Position numbers and translations under genes: made by a program
DNA from: a bacterium
GTDB lineage: Bacteria > UBA8248
Direction: 5' to 3'
Assembly: GCA_965200245.1 (NCBI GenBank)
Contig: CBDATS010000002.1
Location: 128,001 to 192,000, forward strand
Length of the DNA: 64,000 nucleotides
The notes under the pieces: generated by a model
The model's database searches: none
Seen by the model: only the letters and a program-made list of their open reading frames with translations
Told to the model about the DNA's origin: nothing
Shown here: in pieces, positions 1-9,664 of the stretch
Numbering within the stretch: position 1 is the first letter of the stretch
Layout of the letters: each line of letters starts with the position of its first letter

Positions 1-2
1 AA

Positions 3-161
3 GATCCGTTCGCCGAAGCCGCGAAAAAAAAGATTCCCGATATTCAGGATTTGATGAGTCAGCAAGCAACCAGAAAAAAGGAGGCCGCCGACCTGTTCAA
101 TAAAAGGATGCAGGAAAAACACGAAATCAGGCCCGAAGATCGGGAAGATTTCTGGCGCTAA
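3..161 (+). CDS. 3' end of a hypothetical protein (truncated by the window start)
   Basis: Open frame from position 3 reads DPFAEAAKKKIPDIQDLM...EDREDFWR and stops at TAA 159-161; it converges on ppiD. Confidence 0.55.
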   Translation, partial: DPFAEAAKKKIPDIQDLMSQQATRKKEAADLFNKRMQEKHEIRPEDREDFWR

Positions 162-198
162 CAAAGAAAAGCATGGAAGTGACGCGCTACGAAATTCC

Positions 199-2097
199 CT
201 AGAGGCTGAATCCCTCTTCGAAGCGGATATTGGCTGCTGCCCTGAGTTTCTCCATATACCGGTTGAACATCATCCCTTTTTTCACAAGAAGCAGGGTCCG
301 GTGAAAATCCGCTTTTTCGGCATCAAACTTCTTCATGTCCGTGCGAGGCACCTCCAGCACCTCGAAGAGAATAACGTCACCTCCTGATCGGGCGGTTCCG
401 AAACCACCCTTCTCAAGGGAGAAAGCGAGGCTCGCCAAATCCGGAGATGGCCCCAGTTCATCGGGCACGTCTGCCCGCTTGAAGGCTTCGGGCCTGAGCA
501 CCTCGAGCTTGAACTCATCGGCGATGGCTGCGAGGTTGCGTTTCCTGTCCTTCAGTTCCCTAAGCAAAAGTCCGGCTTTCCGCTTTGCAACCTCACTCCC
601 CTTGAGACGAAGGAACGAATTCTCCACCTCTTCACGTACATCCTCGAATTTCGGGACATATGGTTCCCGCTTTGATTCGAGGCGCACGAAGCTAACGCCC
701 CCGCCTCCTTCTCCTTCTTGGGATATCTTCTCCTTGCCGCTCAATGAGAAGGCGAGCTGGCTCACTACGTCGGATGCAGGAACAGTCTTCGGGAGCCCTC
801 CACTTTCGAAGAAGCCCGTTTCTCCTTTTTGCAGCCCTTTGAGCGCAGGCTCCGCTTTCTTGTCCTCTACCGCGTAGCGGACTTTTCTTAACACGCTTTT
901 CGCCCGATCCTTGGCGCGCAAGTCTCGCAAATCCGCTTTCACCTGCTTTCGGACCTCCTCAAAGGACTTCTCGCCGGGCAACACCTTGTCGCGCACCCAA
1001 AGCAGATGCATACCGAAAGAGGTCTTGATGGGCTTGCTCACTTCTCCCTTTTTCAGGGCGAAAGTCGCCTTCTCGAGTTCGGGCAGTAGCTGTCCCCTGC
1101 CGAAAACCCCGAGGTCACCGCCTCGCTTCGCCGCCGGCCCCTGGGAATACGCTTCGGCCAGTTCAGTGAATTTCTCGCCTTTGACGAAGCGGTCGCGCAG
1201 TTCTTCGAGTTGTTTCCTGCTCGCTTCAACGAGTTCCTGTTTCGGGTTGGCGGGCATTTTCAGGAGAATCTGATTCACGTGCACACTCTCCTGACGCGCA
1301 TACTTTTCACGAGTTTGCATGTAGTGCGATCTCAAGTCCGCATCGCCGAGCTCGATCTCATTCGCTACGGCGGAAAACGGGAGATGCCACCAAGATACCT
1401 TCCTTTGGGGACCCGTCTTGAACTGCTCCTTGTTCTTTTCGTAATAAGACTTGAGGTCAGCTTGGGATTTTTCCACCTCACCGGCGAAAATCTCTGGTTT
1501 CAGTCGAACGGCGGCCAACTTGATCTCCGCGTTTTGCCACTCATAGGCGGCGCGCGCTTCCTGCTCACTCACCAGTACGCCCATATCCACGTAGTCACGA
1601 AGCTGGCCCAGCAAAAGAACCCTCCTTTGGTCCTCCTCGAACTGTCGGGGGGTAATACCGCTCGCCTCCAGCATACTGCGATAGCGCTGGGCGTCGAATT
1701 TCCCGTTCCTCTGAAAGGGTTCGAGCGACTGTATCTGGAGAGCAACTTGAGCGTCAGTTACTTCGAGCCCGAGTTGACGGGCCTCGCGCATTTGGAGTTT
1801 CTCCAATATGAGTGCGTCGAGTATCTGGCGCCTCAGGCCAAGCCTGCGTGCGAGTTCCTCGTTATAGGCAGCGCCTAACTGTCGCCTGAGACTTTCGGCC
1901 TGTTGATAATAGCGTTGTTCGAATTCAAGCACTGAAATGGGAGCATCGCCCACCCACGCCGCGACGCGGCCGCCCCTGGGGTCTGCCTGCTTGTCCGTGA
2001 ACGCAAAGCCGCCGAAAGACACAAAAGTGAGCGCCACGAAGCCAAGCAGTGCTTTCAGGACCCAGCTTTTCCCTTTCGCCCGCAAAAAGCGAAGCAT
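199..2097 (-). CDS. ppiD: PpiD-like membrane-anchored periplasmic chaperone (SurA N-terminal domain plus parvulin PPIase)
   Basis: N-terminal TM helix, SurA_N-type region (LGLEVTDAQV...FQRNGKFD), parvulin motif FTELAEAYSQGPAAKRGGDLG...VSKPIKTSFGMHL; ATG at 2097. Confidence 0.88.
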   Translation of the reverse strand: MLRFLRAKGKSWVLKALLGFVALTFVSFGGFAFTDKQADPRGGRVAAWVGDAPISVLEFEQRYYQQAESLRRQLGAAYNEELARRLGLRRQILDALILEKLQMREARQLGLEVTDAQVALQIQSLEPFQRNGKFDAQRYRSMLEASGITPRQFEEDQRRVLLLGQLRDYVDMGVLVSEQEARAAYEWQNAEIKLAAVRLKPEIFAGEVEKSQADLKSYYEKNKEQFKTGPQRKVSWWHLPFSAVANEIELGDADLRSHYMQTREKYARQESVHVNQILLKMPANPKQELVEASRKQLEELRDRFVKGEKFTELAEAYSQGPAAKRGGDLGVFGRGQLLPELEKATFALKKGEVSKPIKTSFGMHLLWVRDKVLPGEKSFEEVRKQVKADLRDLRAKDRAKSVLRKVRYAVEDKKAEPALKGLQKGETGFFESGGLPKTVPASDVVSQLAFSLSGKEKISQEGEGGGGVSFVRLESKREPYVPKFEDVREEVENSFLRLKGSEVAKRKAGLLLRELKDRKRNLAAIADEFKLEVLRPEAFKRADVPDELGPSPDLASLAFSLEKGGFGTARSGGDVILFEVLEVPRTDMKKFDAEKADFHRTLLLVKKGMMFNRYMEKLRAAANIRFEEGFSL

Positions 2098-2336
2098 CAA
2101 TGTTGCACTCCTTCCGAATCGACACCCTTGTGGACGCGCGCAATTTCAGCAATAAACACAATAGAAAATAGCTCAGTCCTCGTATCATCGCAAACCGGTG
2201 AGGGCGAATTTCATTGGCCAGCTATCGCTGTATGAAATCTTTTTCGTATCCACACGCGTTTAGCGTTGAAATTGGTGTATCCCTTGATTATTCTCGTTCG
2301 GAGTGTAATTATAGGTGTGATAATGCCAATGGATGA

Positions 2337-3395
<1,059 letters not shown>

Positions 3396-3476
3396 TCAAC
3401 TTGCTGTAACAGAGCACCGCCCACCGCCCCCAATAATCGCGCTTTCGCGCTTTTCCGAAAATATACCCAAGCTACC

Positions 3477-4310
3477 ATGTTCCAGTTTTTCGCCGAACGC
3501 AGAAGCCTGGCCCTCCTCTTGGGGTTGCTTGTCATATGCTTCACGCTCATGACGCTGAGCGCGCGCCTTCGAGGACAATCCACCTGGCTGGAAAGAGAAC
3601 TTCTCTCCCTGGTCGGTTCGGCTATCCAGATCGCCGACGGCCCCAGAAAATGGTCGGTCGAACTCTGGCAGAAATACCAACTACTCAAGAACGCGGACGA
3701 AGAAAACACATTGCTGAAGAAAAAACTGGGATCACTCACTACGCATCATGCGCAGGTCCAGGAATTGAAATCGCAAATCGCGCGCTTGGAGCAACTCCTC
3801 GGCGCATCGAAGAATCTGGAGGCACCCGCTCGCCTCGCGCGGGTCGTGGCTCGCAACAGGAGCATCTATGGAGAATCGTTGCTGGTGGACCTGGGTTCGC
3901 AAGACGGCGTTCGCAAAAATATGCCGGTCATGCACCAGGCAGGTCTCGTGGGCAGAATCTCCCGCGTGGGAAACAACGTGAGCCAGGTCCTGACCCTGCT
4001 CGACTCAAGAAGCGCCGTGAACGTCATTGCCCAACGCTCCCGCGCGCAGGGAGTCTTCGCCATATCCTCCATAGGCAAGAGCGAAGTGCGCTACATGCAG
4101 TTCCATCCCGAAATGAAGCGTGGGGACCTGCTTATTTCCGCCGGATTGGGCGGTATTTTCCCGAAAGGTCTTCCCGTGGCCCACATTACGGAAATCTCGG
4201 ACACAAGGGGGTTGTTCCCGAAAATAAAGTCCAAGGCGATAGTGGATTTCTCAAACCTTGAAGAGGTCCTAGTACTCATGACGAAACCCAAGGATAAGCC
4301 CTGGAAATGA
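3477..4310 (+). CDS. mreC: Rod shape-determining protein MreC
   Basis: TM helix plus coiled coil, DLGSQDGVRKNMPV, GLGGIFPKGLPV; follows mreB. Confidence 0.95.
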   Translation: MFQFFAERRSLALLLGLLVICFTLMTLSARLRGQSTWLERELLSLVGSAIQIADGPRKWSVELWQKYQLLKNADEENTLLKKKLGSLTTHHAQVQELKSQIARLEQLLGASKNLEAPARLARVVARNRSIYGESLLVDLGSQDGVRKNMPVMHQAGLVGRISRVGNNVSQVLTLLDSRSAVNVIAQRSRAQGVFAISSIGKSEVRYMQFHPEMKRGDLLISAGLGGIFPKGLPVAHITEISDTRGLFPKIKSKAIVDFSNLEEVLVLMTKPKDKPWK

Positions 4311-4843
4311 TTGTTTTATCGTACATTATAATCGCAGCCATTACAATTGTTCTGCAAACTTCCATGGGGGACTATTTCTCCATCTGGTTCGGAGCGAGAC
4401 CGGACGCCATTCTCCTGACAACGGTCTTCCTCGGCCTGTACCGCGACAGAGAAACAGGGCTTATCGCAGGTTTTTTCCTCGGAATTTTCGAGGACATACT
4501 CTCTGGAGGCCTGCTGGGTTTCAATGCGCTCCTCAAAGGTCTGACTGGTTATTACACAGGCAGATTAAACACAGGCGGGTTAAATCCCAATATGTCGGCG
4601 CGCTTCTTGATGCTCAATTGCTCGGTAGTGTTTTTCGCCTCGATATTCAACATTTTGTTTTCCATCTTTCTGGTTCAGATATTCGCCCCCGCTCAATTTT
4701 TACCCTTCGCCTATTGGGCTGACGCCTTGAAGACAGCGGGACTGAACGTCATTTTTGCGCCGTTCGTCATCAGCCTTCTGAGAAAAGTGGAAGAAAAAGT
4801 GCTACCATCCGAAGTGGACACGCCCTATTCGGAGCGATCCTGA
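4307..4843 (+). CDS. mreD: Rod shape-determining protein MreD
   Basis: Hydrophobic 178-aa protein with PD and GFFLGIFEDILSGGLLG motifs; ATGA overlap with mreC. Confidence 0.92.
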   Translation: MIVLSYIIIAAITIVLQTSMGDYFSIWFGARPDAILLTTVFLGLYRDRETGLIAGFFLGIFEDILSGGLLGFNALLKGLTGYYTGRLNTGGLNPNMSARFLMLNCSVVFFASIFNILFSIFLVQIFAPAQFLPFAYWADALKTAGLNVIFAPFVISLLRKVEEKVLPSEVDTPYSERS

Positions 4844-4844
4844 A

Positions 4845-6749
4845 ATGACGGACTGGCCATTCAACTCGAATCCGGCGACGAGCGACGCTATCAAGCACCG
4901 TATCATGATATTCGGTGTTTGTTTCGGACTCATCCTATTCGGCCTGTTCGTCAGGCTCTGGAACCTTCAGGTGATTCAGGGCGCGAGATTCCGTGCGCTC
5001 TCAGAAGACAACCGCATCGCCTATCGAATCGTCCAAAGTCCCAGGGGCATGGTGTTCGACTCGAATGGAGAGCTGCTCGCGGACAACCGCGCGTCGTTCA
5101 ATATTTTCCTGATCCGTGAAAACGTAAAGGAACTGAAACAAACCGTTCGCCAGTTGGCCGAAATCACGGAACAACCCTTCGAGGAACTCTACAAAAGCAC
5201 AAGGAGAGCGAATCCCTTTCGCCCATTCCTGATCAAGGCTGATATCAACCGCAAAACCATGGCCTTCCTGGAAGAGAACAAACCCGATTTTCCCGGCGTA
5301 TTCATCCAGGTGTCACCACTCCGGCAATATCCCTCCAGGGAACAGGCCAGTCATCTCCTAGGTTATATGGGTGAGGTCACAAATCGTCAGTTGCAACGCC
5401 TGAAAAAACAAAACTACCGGCAGGGAGAATTGCTCGGTCAGTACGGGGTCGAGCGAACCCAGGAAAATTACCTGCGCGGCCAGAGCGGGATCAAGCAAGT
5501 CGAGGTGGACGCTTACGGCAGAGAACTGCGCGTCGTACGTCCGTTTGTGGAAAAACCCGGGAACAACGTCTATCTGACAATTGACATGGACCTTCAGAAA
5601 AAAGCGGAAGAATTGTTCCAAGCGCACGAAGGGAGTATCGTTGTACTCGACCCCTCTGACGGTGCCATACTGACCATGGTGAGCAAGCCGTCCTTCAATC
5701 CGAACATCTTCGCCGGTGGCATTGACGCCAAAGACTGGAAGAGCCTGATGAAAAATCCCTTGAAACCGCTCGAGAACCGGGCCATTCGAGGGCAGTATCC
5801 CCCCGGCTCAATTTTCAAAATTGTGATGGGTTTCGCTATCCTGAACGAGAAAATCGCGCGCGCCAATGAAAAAATACGCTGCCACGGATCGTTTCCATTT
5901 GGCAAGAAAATATTTCGTGACTGGAAGAAAGGCGGACACGGACCCATAGACTTCATCCAGTCTATGGCCCAGAGTTGCGATGTCTACTACTACATCAACG
6001 GCCATAAGCTGGGCATCGGGAAAATCGCAAAGTATTCGCGCATGTTCGGCATGGGTTCGCCCACCGGATTCGGAGCCGCTGAAAAGGGAGGGCTCGTCCC
6101 ATCGGACGCCTGGAAGCGTCGCAGGTTCAATGAAAAATGGTATGATGGCGAAACGATCAGTGTATCCATCGGCCAGGGCTTCAATCTCATCACACCCATG
6201 CAGGCTGCCAACCTCATCGCCACCGTGGCGAACGGCGGTTCTCTCTGGAAGCCCTACATCGTGAGAAAAGTACTGAGCCCGGGCGGCAAGACGCTCTTCG
6301 AATCCAAGCCCTCCCTCATTCGCAGAATTCCCATCTCCCAGGGAATATTCCAGAAAGTCCGGGAAGGCCTGAAAGAAGTCGTTCACGGCAAGCGCGGGAC
6401 GGCGAAAAAGGCACGGGTCGAGAACATAATCGTTGCCGGCAAGACGGGTACCGCACAAACGGTAGGCCTCAAATATACGGGTCGCAAAAGAAAGCCCGAA
6501 GAATTGCCACGCAAATTCCGGGACCATGGCTGGTTCGTCGCGTTCGCCCCCTCTGATAACCCCGTCATCGCGATAGCCATATTAGGAGAAAATGCCGGCA
6601 GGCCGGGTTCTTATTTCGCCCCCTACGCGAAAGAACTGATTTCCTTTTATCTCGAGAAAAACAACGAGGACTCGATTTTGGCGTCCAACGAACATACCGG
6701 GGAAAATCCGCTCCCCTCGAACAACCGGGAAAGCGGAGCACACCGATGA
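4845..6749 (+). CDS. mrdA: Penicillin-binding protein 2
   Basis: Transpeptidase motifs SxxK (PGSIFK), SxD (SCDVYYY) and KTG (GKTGTAQ); position in the mre operon. Confidence 0.96.
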   Translation: MTDWPFNSNPATSDAIKHRIMIFGVCFGLILFGLFVRLWNLQVIQGARFRALSEDNRIAYRIVQSPRGMVFDSNGELLADNRASFNIFLIRENVKELKQTVRQLAEITEQPFEELYKSTRRANPFRPFLIKADINRKTMAFLEENKPDFPGVFIQVSPLRQYPSREQASHLLGYMGEVTNRQLQRLKKQNYRQGELLGQYGVERTQENYLRGQSGIKQVEVDAYGRELRVVRPFVEKPGNNVYLTIDMDLQKKAEELFQAHEGSIVVLDPSDGAILTMVSKPSFNPNIFAGGIDAKDWKSLMKNPLKPLENRAIRGQYPPGSIFKIVMGFAILNEKIARANEKIRCHGSFPFGKKIFRDWKKGGHGPIDFIQSMAQSCDVYYYINGHKLGIGKIAKYSRMFGMGSPTGFGAAEKGGLVPSDAWKRRRFNEKWYDGETISVSIGQGFNLITPMQAANLIATVANGGSLWKPYIVRKVLSPGGKTLFESKPSLIRRIPISQGIFQKVREGLKEVVHGKRGTAKKARVENIIVAGKTGTAQTVGLKYTGRKRKPEELPRKFRDHGWFVAFAPSDNPVIAIAILGENAGRPGSYFAPYAKELISFYLEKNNEDSILASNEHTGENPLPSNNRESGAHR

Positions 6750-7888
6750 AAGGCGTCGCGTCCTCGCAGTCATCTCCTTTTCGGAGAGCCCTCGCGCAGA
6801 CGGACTGGCTGCTCGTCCTCGCAACTTTTTTGCTCAGTTTGACGGGCATTTTCATGATATACAGCGCTATCCATTCCAACCCCGCTTTCCTGAAAAACTC
6901 CCTGCACCTCAAACAGGTACTGTGGTCATCCATCGGATTTTCCATACTGGTTTTCATGCTCTTTTTCGACTATCACATATTTACAAAATGGGCCTATCTT
7001 TTTTACGCTCTCATTATCATCTTGCTCATCGCCGTTCTCCTCGCCGGGCAGGTAGTCTACGGCGCGAAACGTTGGCTCGTATTCGGCCCATTGCGCCTGC
7101 AACCCTCAGAACTGGCGCGTTTGGCAGTCATTCTCGTATTGGCTAAATATTTCGGCTCCCGGGGAGGAGAAAAACCTATCGGATTCAAAGAACTCATTCC
7201 ACCGTTCGCTCTGGCAATTGCACCCGTTTTGCTCATAGTCCGGCAACCGGATCTGGGCACCGGCCTCACGGTCTTCCTGATAGCGGGCGCGATGACGCTC
7301 GTCGTAGGTGTCAGGAGGAGAGTGCTCATCACCATCGCAAGTCTGGCAGTTGCATGCACGCCTTTGGGTTGGTTTTTCCTTCAGGATTATCAGCGCCGGC
7401 GTATCTTGACGCTCTTCAACCCGGATGCCGACCCACTGGGAGCGGGCTACCAGAGCATGCAGAGCATCATCGCCGTCGGCAGCGGAGAATTCTGGGGAAA
7501 GGGACTGTTGCAGGGAACGCAGAGCAGACTTCACTTCCTGCCGGAGAAGCACACTGATTTCATCTTTTCCGTACTTAGCGAAGAGTTAGGGTTTGCCGGC
7601 AGTATTACCGTACTGGCTTTGTTCTTCATCTTTCTTCTGCGGTGTCTGAGCGCGGCACTCAACGCCGCCGACAAGGAAGGCACATTACTCGTCGTAGGCA
7701 TAACCGCGGCGTTTTTTCTCTACATCATTTTCAACATCGGGATGACACTCGGCTTGATGCCCATCGTCGGCATCCCGCTCCCTCTGGTCAGCTACGGTGG
7801 GAGCGCCTCCATTTCGTCATTCATCGCCATCGCTCTAGTCCTGAACGTAGGCATGAGGAAAAAAAGCCTCACACCCGTTTTCGGCTAA
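6746..7888 (+). CDS. rodA: SEDS-family glycosyltransferase RodA
   Basis: GAKRWL, QPSE, QPDLGT, LPEKHTDFIF and PLVSYGGS motifs. Confidence 0.96.
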   Translation: MKGVASSQSSPFRRALAQTDWLLVLATFLLSLTGIFMIYSAIHSNPAFLKNSLHLKQVLWSSIGFSILVFMLFFDYHIFTKWAYLFYALIIILLIAVLLAGQVVYGAKRWLVFGPLRLQPSELARLAVILVLAKYFGSRGGEKPIGFKELIPPFALAIAPVLLIVRQPDLGTGLTVFLIAGAMTLVVGVRRRVLITIASLAVACTPLGWFFLQDYQRRRILTLFNPDADPLGAGYQSMQSIIAVGSGEFWGKGLLQGTQSRLHFLPEKHTDFIFSVLSEELGFAGSITVLALFFIFLLRCLSAALNAADKEGTLLVVGITAAFFLYIIFNIGMTLGLMPIVGIPLPLVSYGGSASISSFIAIALVLNVGMRKKSLTPVFG

Positions 7889-9357
7889 TTCCCCTTCTCT
7901 CCGTATTCACTCTCGCCCGGTGGCGGTGATGCAAAACTGTTTCCGATAGCGATTACGGCCTCTCGCCCGCCGTGCCGCTCGACAAGTGCTGCCTGTTCCG
8001 CCTTGGCGCGGCTGTCCACCTCATCGGGATCGAGAATACGCATCAGCCGCGCTTCCAGTTCCCCAAGAATGGATTGGTGCGCAGGGCTTCCGGAGAGGTC
8101 GCGGCGTTCCTCGGGATCGTTTTCAAGATCGAAGAGTTCGGGCGCATACCCAACGTAATGAATATACTTATAGCGTCCGTGCCGTATCATAAACATTCCC
8201 GTCCTTGCACCGAGAGCATGGAACTCGCTGAAAATTTCGCGCTCGATATCGTCGGGTTCGTTCGCTAGTCGGAACAGGGAATCGCCGTGCAACCGTTTTT
8301 CTTCATCATTACCGAGCTCGCCTGCGCAATCAAGCGCAGCGGGAAACAAATCGATTAGGGAGACCGGTGTTCGTGATACCATGCCCTCGGGAATGTCCGG
8401 GGCGGATACGATGAGAGGAACGGCGACGGATTCTTCATACATTGTGGATTTTCCCCATAGGCCACGCTCACCCAGATTGTCCCCGTGATCGCTGGTAAAG
8501 AGTACCCGGGTATTATCCTTGAGACCCGAATCCTCCAGGGTTTTCATAATTTTACCTACGTTCGAATCTACGAAGCTGACCATGGCAAAATAGCATGCCA
8601 GCGCGACGCGACGTTTGTGGTCATCAAAATAGACGTCATACGGTGCACACTCGTGAAGCGCTGCAATCCAGGGGTGCCAATCATAACTACCCGAAGGGTG
8701 CGGTTTGGGCAGCGGTATGTCTTCGAGCGGATACAATTCGTAAAACTCGGGGGGGCCTATGAAGGGAAAATGCGGGCATGTCAGGGAGACGAACAACGCC
8801 CAGGGGCACCCGTCATCTTCTTTCGCTTGTCTGGCTATCCACTCACAGGCCAAATCTGTGACATTGGTGTCGTAGGTGATGTATTTTGAGTCTCCCGGCC
8901 CGATTAGCTCAGCCATCCACTGCGGATTTTTTCTGGGCGGAAGGCCCTTATCGTCGCGAACCGCGCTGGAAACATCGCCAATCCCCCCTTTGGGCAGATG
9001 CAGAGGGATGATCTGCTCATCGAAGCCGACGGGAACTTCGGCGTTTCGGTAATGGAGTTTGCCGACCGAAACTGTTCTCACGCCAGACTCTTGCAATCTA
9101 TGAGCCCAACTCGGCGGATATCCTTCGTAGGGATGCGCATTGTCCCAAGTACCGATTTCATGCACATATTTTCCCGTGGCAAAGCTCGCACGAGCCGGCG
9201 CACAGATCGGGCAGTTCGTATAGGCGTTCTCGAAACGCACCCCTGATGCGGCAAGCGCGTCCAAATTCGGCGTTTTGACGAGTGGGTGCCCATAGCAGCC
9301 CATCATTTTTTGTGTGTGTTCATCGTCCATCAAGAGTAGAAAATTCATCGCTTCCAT
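7885..9357 (-). CDS. Cys-type formylglycine-dependent sulfatase (choline-sulfatase-like)
   Basis: DDEH, TPNLDALA, CxPxR (CAPARASFATG), GKLH, PHFP, SDHGD and ELFDLENDPEE motifs. Confidence 0.88.
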   Translation of the reverse strand: MEAMNFLLLMDDEHTQKMMGCYGHPLVKTPNLDALAASGVRFENAYTNCPICAPARASFATGKYVHEIGTWDNAHPYEGYPPSWAHRLQESGVRTVSVGKLHYRNAEVPVGFDEQIIPLHLPKGGIGDVSSAVRDDKGLPPRKNPQWMAELIGPGDSKYITYDTNVTDLACEWIARQAKEDDGCPWALFVSLTCPHFPFIGPPEFYELYPLEDIPLPKPHPSGSYDWHPWIAALHECAPYDVYFDDHKRRVALACYFAMVSFVDSNVGKIMKTLEDSGLKDNTRVLFTSDHGDNLGERGLWGKSTMYEESVAVPLIVSAPDIPEGMVSRTPVSLIDLFPAALDCAGELGNDEEKRLHGDSLFRLANEPDDIEREIFSEFHALGARTGMFMIRHGRYKYIHYVGYAPELFDLENDPEERRDLSGSPAHQSILGELEARLMRILDPDEVDSRAKAEQAALVERHGGREAVIAIGNSFASPPPGESEYGEKGN

Positions 9358-9664
9358 CTGCGCAGCTCCCTGAATCGATTGGAGTTGAAACGGACATAGC
9401 GTCGAATATCATATCTCCAACAACACTGGATTGGGAAACGCCCCCTTACCCGAATCATGGCGAAGCGTTTTGCCCTTCTTTCGACAAATATCATGCACGC
9501 GCGCGTTCCCCATTTGATCTGGTTGCCAATTTTTCCCTTTTCGACCAAAATAAGCGATCAGTTCACCCGCACCCACGGAAACCCACGAAAAGTACTGGTC
9601 GGGGAACGAAAGAAGAAAATACGTCGCCTCGCATATGGCGAGAGACTTTAACAGGTTGATTACA

